From Alphaproteobacteria bacterium (lineage in GTDB: Bacteria > Pseudomonadota > Alphaproteobacteria > CAAHEQ01 > UBA3637): a DNA stretch of 34,433 bases. A model generated the notes under the pieces. The model was not told the origin of the DNA. It worked only from the letters and a program-made list of their open reading frames with translations, and did no database searches. Position 1 is the first letter of the stretch, and each line of letters opens with the position of its first letter. The stretch covers positions 1 through 34,433 of the forward strand of contig JAZLCF010000080.1 in NCBI GenBank assembly GCA_045614105.1, given 5' to 3'. Below are positions 32,965 through 34,433 of the stretch, piece after piece. A program made the position numbers and the translations under genes.

Positions 32965-34415
32965 ATGCTGACATCCCTTGCGATTCAACATTTTGTTTTG
33001 ATTGACAACTTAACCCTTGCTTTTGATAAGGGTTTAAGTGTTTTTACGGGCGAAACAGGCGCAGGAAAATCTATTCTTTTGGATGCTTTATCTTTGGTGT
33101 TAGGCGCGCGCTCAGAAGCTCGATTCGTTCAAAAGGGTGCGGAGCAAACTGTGGTGAGTGCTGCCTTTTCTTTACCCAAAAAACACCCCGCTTTTTTGCT
33201 GTTAGACGAACAAGGGCTTGCTCATGAAGATGAATTGATTTTGCGCCGCACTTTAACCAAAGACGGCAAGACAAAGGCCTTTATTTGTGATCAACCCGTC
33301 AGCGTGGGATTATTGAAATCCATTGGTGATACTTTGGTGGAAATCCATGGACAATTTGCCTCGTATAGTTTATTGAATCCTGCTACACATCTAGGAACTT
33401 TGGATGCCTATGGTAAGTTGCAAAAGCAAACACAAGAGGTGGCCACAGCTTGGGAAAAATATCAAGTGGCCAAGCAGGCCGCTTTGGATTTTGAACAAGA
33501 TTTGCAAAAGCAACTGGCTGAAGAGGATTTTTTGCGTGCGGATTTGGAGGCTTTGGACAAATTAAATCCAAAACCTGATGAGGAGGAAAATTTAACCAAA
33601 CGCCGGGCGGAATTGATGAATGCTGAACACATTGTGGAAAATATGCAAAATGCCTGCAATTTGTTGGGTGACGAGGAACAAGGCATTTTACGTCTCATCA
33701 ACAAAACGGAAAATCAACTGCTCAACGCAGATAAAATGACGAACGGCCGATTTGAAAACGAATTGAAATCTTTATCGGAGGCACAAAATATTTTAGCGGA
33801 TTTGTCCTCAGTATTAGAACATACTTTAAACGATTTGGGCGACACATCGGAACTGCCCGAAATTGATGATAGGCTTTTTGCCCTGCGTGACATGGCCAGA
33901 AAATACCGTATTTCCATTGCCGAATTGCCCGTTTTTCGTGAGGAAGTGCGGCAAAAATTGGCCACCGCCGAACATGGCACTCAAAAGCTGGCAGAGCTTA
34001 AAAAAGAAACAGAACAACTGCGTCAAACCTATGCACAGCTGGCCGAGGCATTATCCAAAGAGCGCCACAAAGCGGCCGAGGCATTGGACAAATCCGTGAT
34101 GAAAGAACTGCCCGAATTAAAATTGGAAAAAGCAACGTTCAAGACACAAGTGACAGATTTGTCTTTGGACGAAGGAAATACAACTGGACTCAATCAAGTT
34201 GTTTTTACGGCGGCCACCAACAAAGGCTCGGACTTAACGCCCATTCACAAATGTGCTTCCGGTGGTGAATTGGCTCGGTTCATGTTGGCACTCAAAGTCA
34301 ATTTGGCCGAAGACAATCAAACAACGCTTGTGTTTGATGAAATTGATACGGGTATTTCAGGGGCCACGGCAGCGGCGGTTGGGGAACGCTTAGCGCGTTT
34401 AGCCGAAAAGCATCA
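32965..34415 (+). CDS. recN: DNA repair protein RecN (3' truncated by contig end/adapter)
   Basis: Not in the ORF track because it has no stop. I translated by hand from ATG 32965: MLTSLAIQHFVLIDNL..FTGETGAGKSILLDAL (Walker A), a long coiled coil, ASGGELARFMLALK (signature) and LVFDEIDTGISG (Walker B). The frame is open to the adapter. Confidence 0.9.
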
Positions 34416-34433
34416 AAGTCGGAGGCCAAGCGG
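34416..34433. other. Sequencing adapter remnant (MGI/BGISEQ adapter AAGTCGGAGGCCAAGCGG)
   Basis: The last 18 nt are an exact match to the 5' end of AAGTCGGAGGCCAAGCGGTCTTAGGAAGACAA and an inverted copy of positions 1-18. Confidence 0.85.

Noticed and set aside
1-34433. 18-bp terminal inverted repeat suggesting a large transposon, prophage or linear element
   Set aside because: The repeat is exactly the MGI/BGISEQ adapter in opposite orientations. Both ends cut through housekeeping genes (polA, recN).
1-34433. CRISPR arrays, IS elements, integrases, toxin-antitoxin or known defence systems
   Set aside because: No direct-repeat/spacer periodicity, no transposase- or integrase-like ORF and no small paired ORFs were seen on either strand. 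This was manual inspection only, so short or degenerate repeats could be missed.

Overview
34.4-kb contig-like window. Both termini carry MGI/BGISEQ adapter remnants, so the ends are artificial. The window most plausibly comes from a host-associated alphaproteobacterium: it encodes ChpT and shows the ffs-dnaX and bamD-recN arrangements. The left ~16 kb (+ strand) is housekeeping: polA (5' truncated), tlyA, gpsA-like, SRP RNA, dnaX, an MsbA-like ABC exporter, an odd Cys-rich ORF, and dnaE. These are followed by a catalytically degenerate SucC/SucD-like pair translationally coupled to chpT, and a type-2 ileS split by a 1-nt frameshift. The centre (16.4-25.1 kb, - strand) is a tightly coupled seven-gene type IVb pilus-like operon, colinear with R64 pilL-pilR. 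It encodes an OmpA-like(?) secreted protein, a TcpQ-domain protein, a lipoprotein secretin, PilO-like and PilP-like proteins, a GspE-type ATPase and a GspF-type platform. No prepilin, prepilin peptidase or retraction ATPase is visible. It is divergently paired with an orphan VirB2/TrbC-like pilin gene, and a perfect CtrA-type TTAA-N7-TTAA box lies between them. Next come an Hpt-OmpR-EnvZ operon with a small secreted protein, a tRNA-Pro(CGG) with an aberrant T-arm, a chlamydia-type aaxB-aaxC arginine decarboxylase/antiporter pair, ssb, bamD and recN (3' truncated). I saw no CRISPR array, IS element or integrase. The best candidates for something new are the pilin-less T4b-like machine with its VirB2-like neighbour, and the SucCD-pseudoenzyme/ChpT operon.
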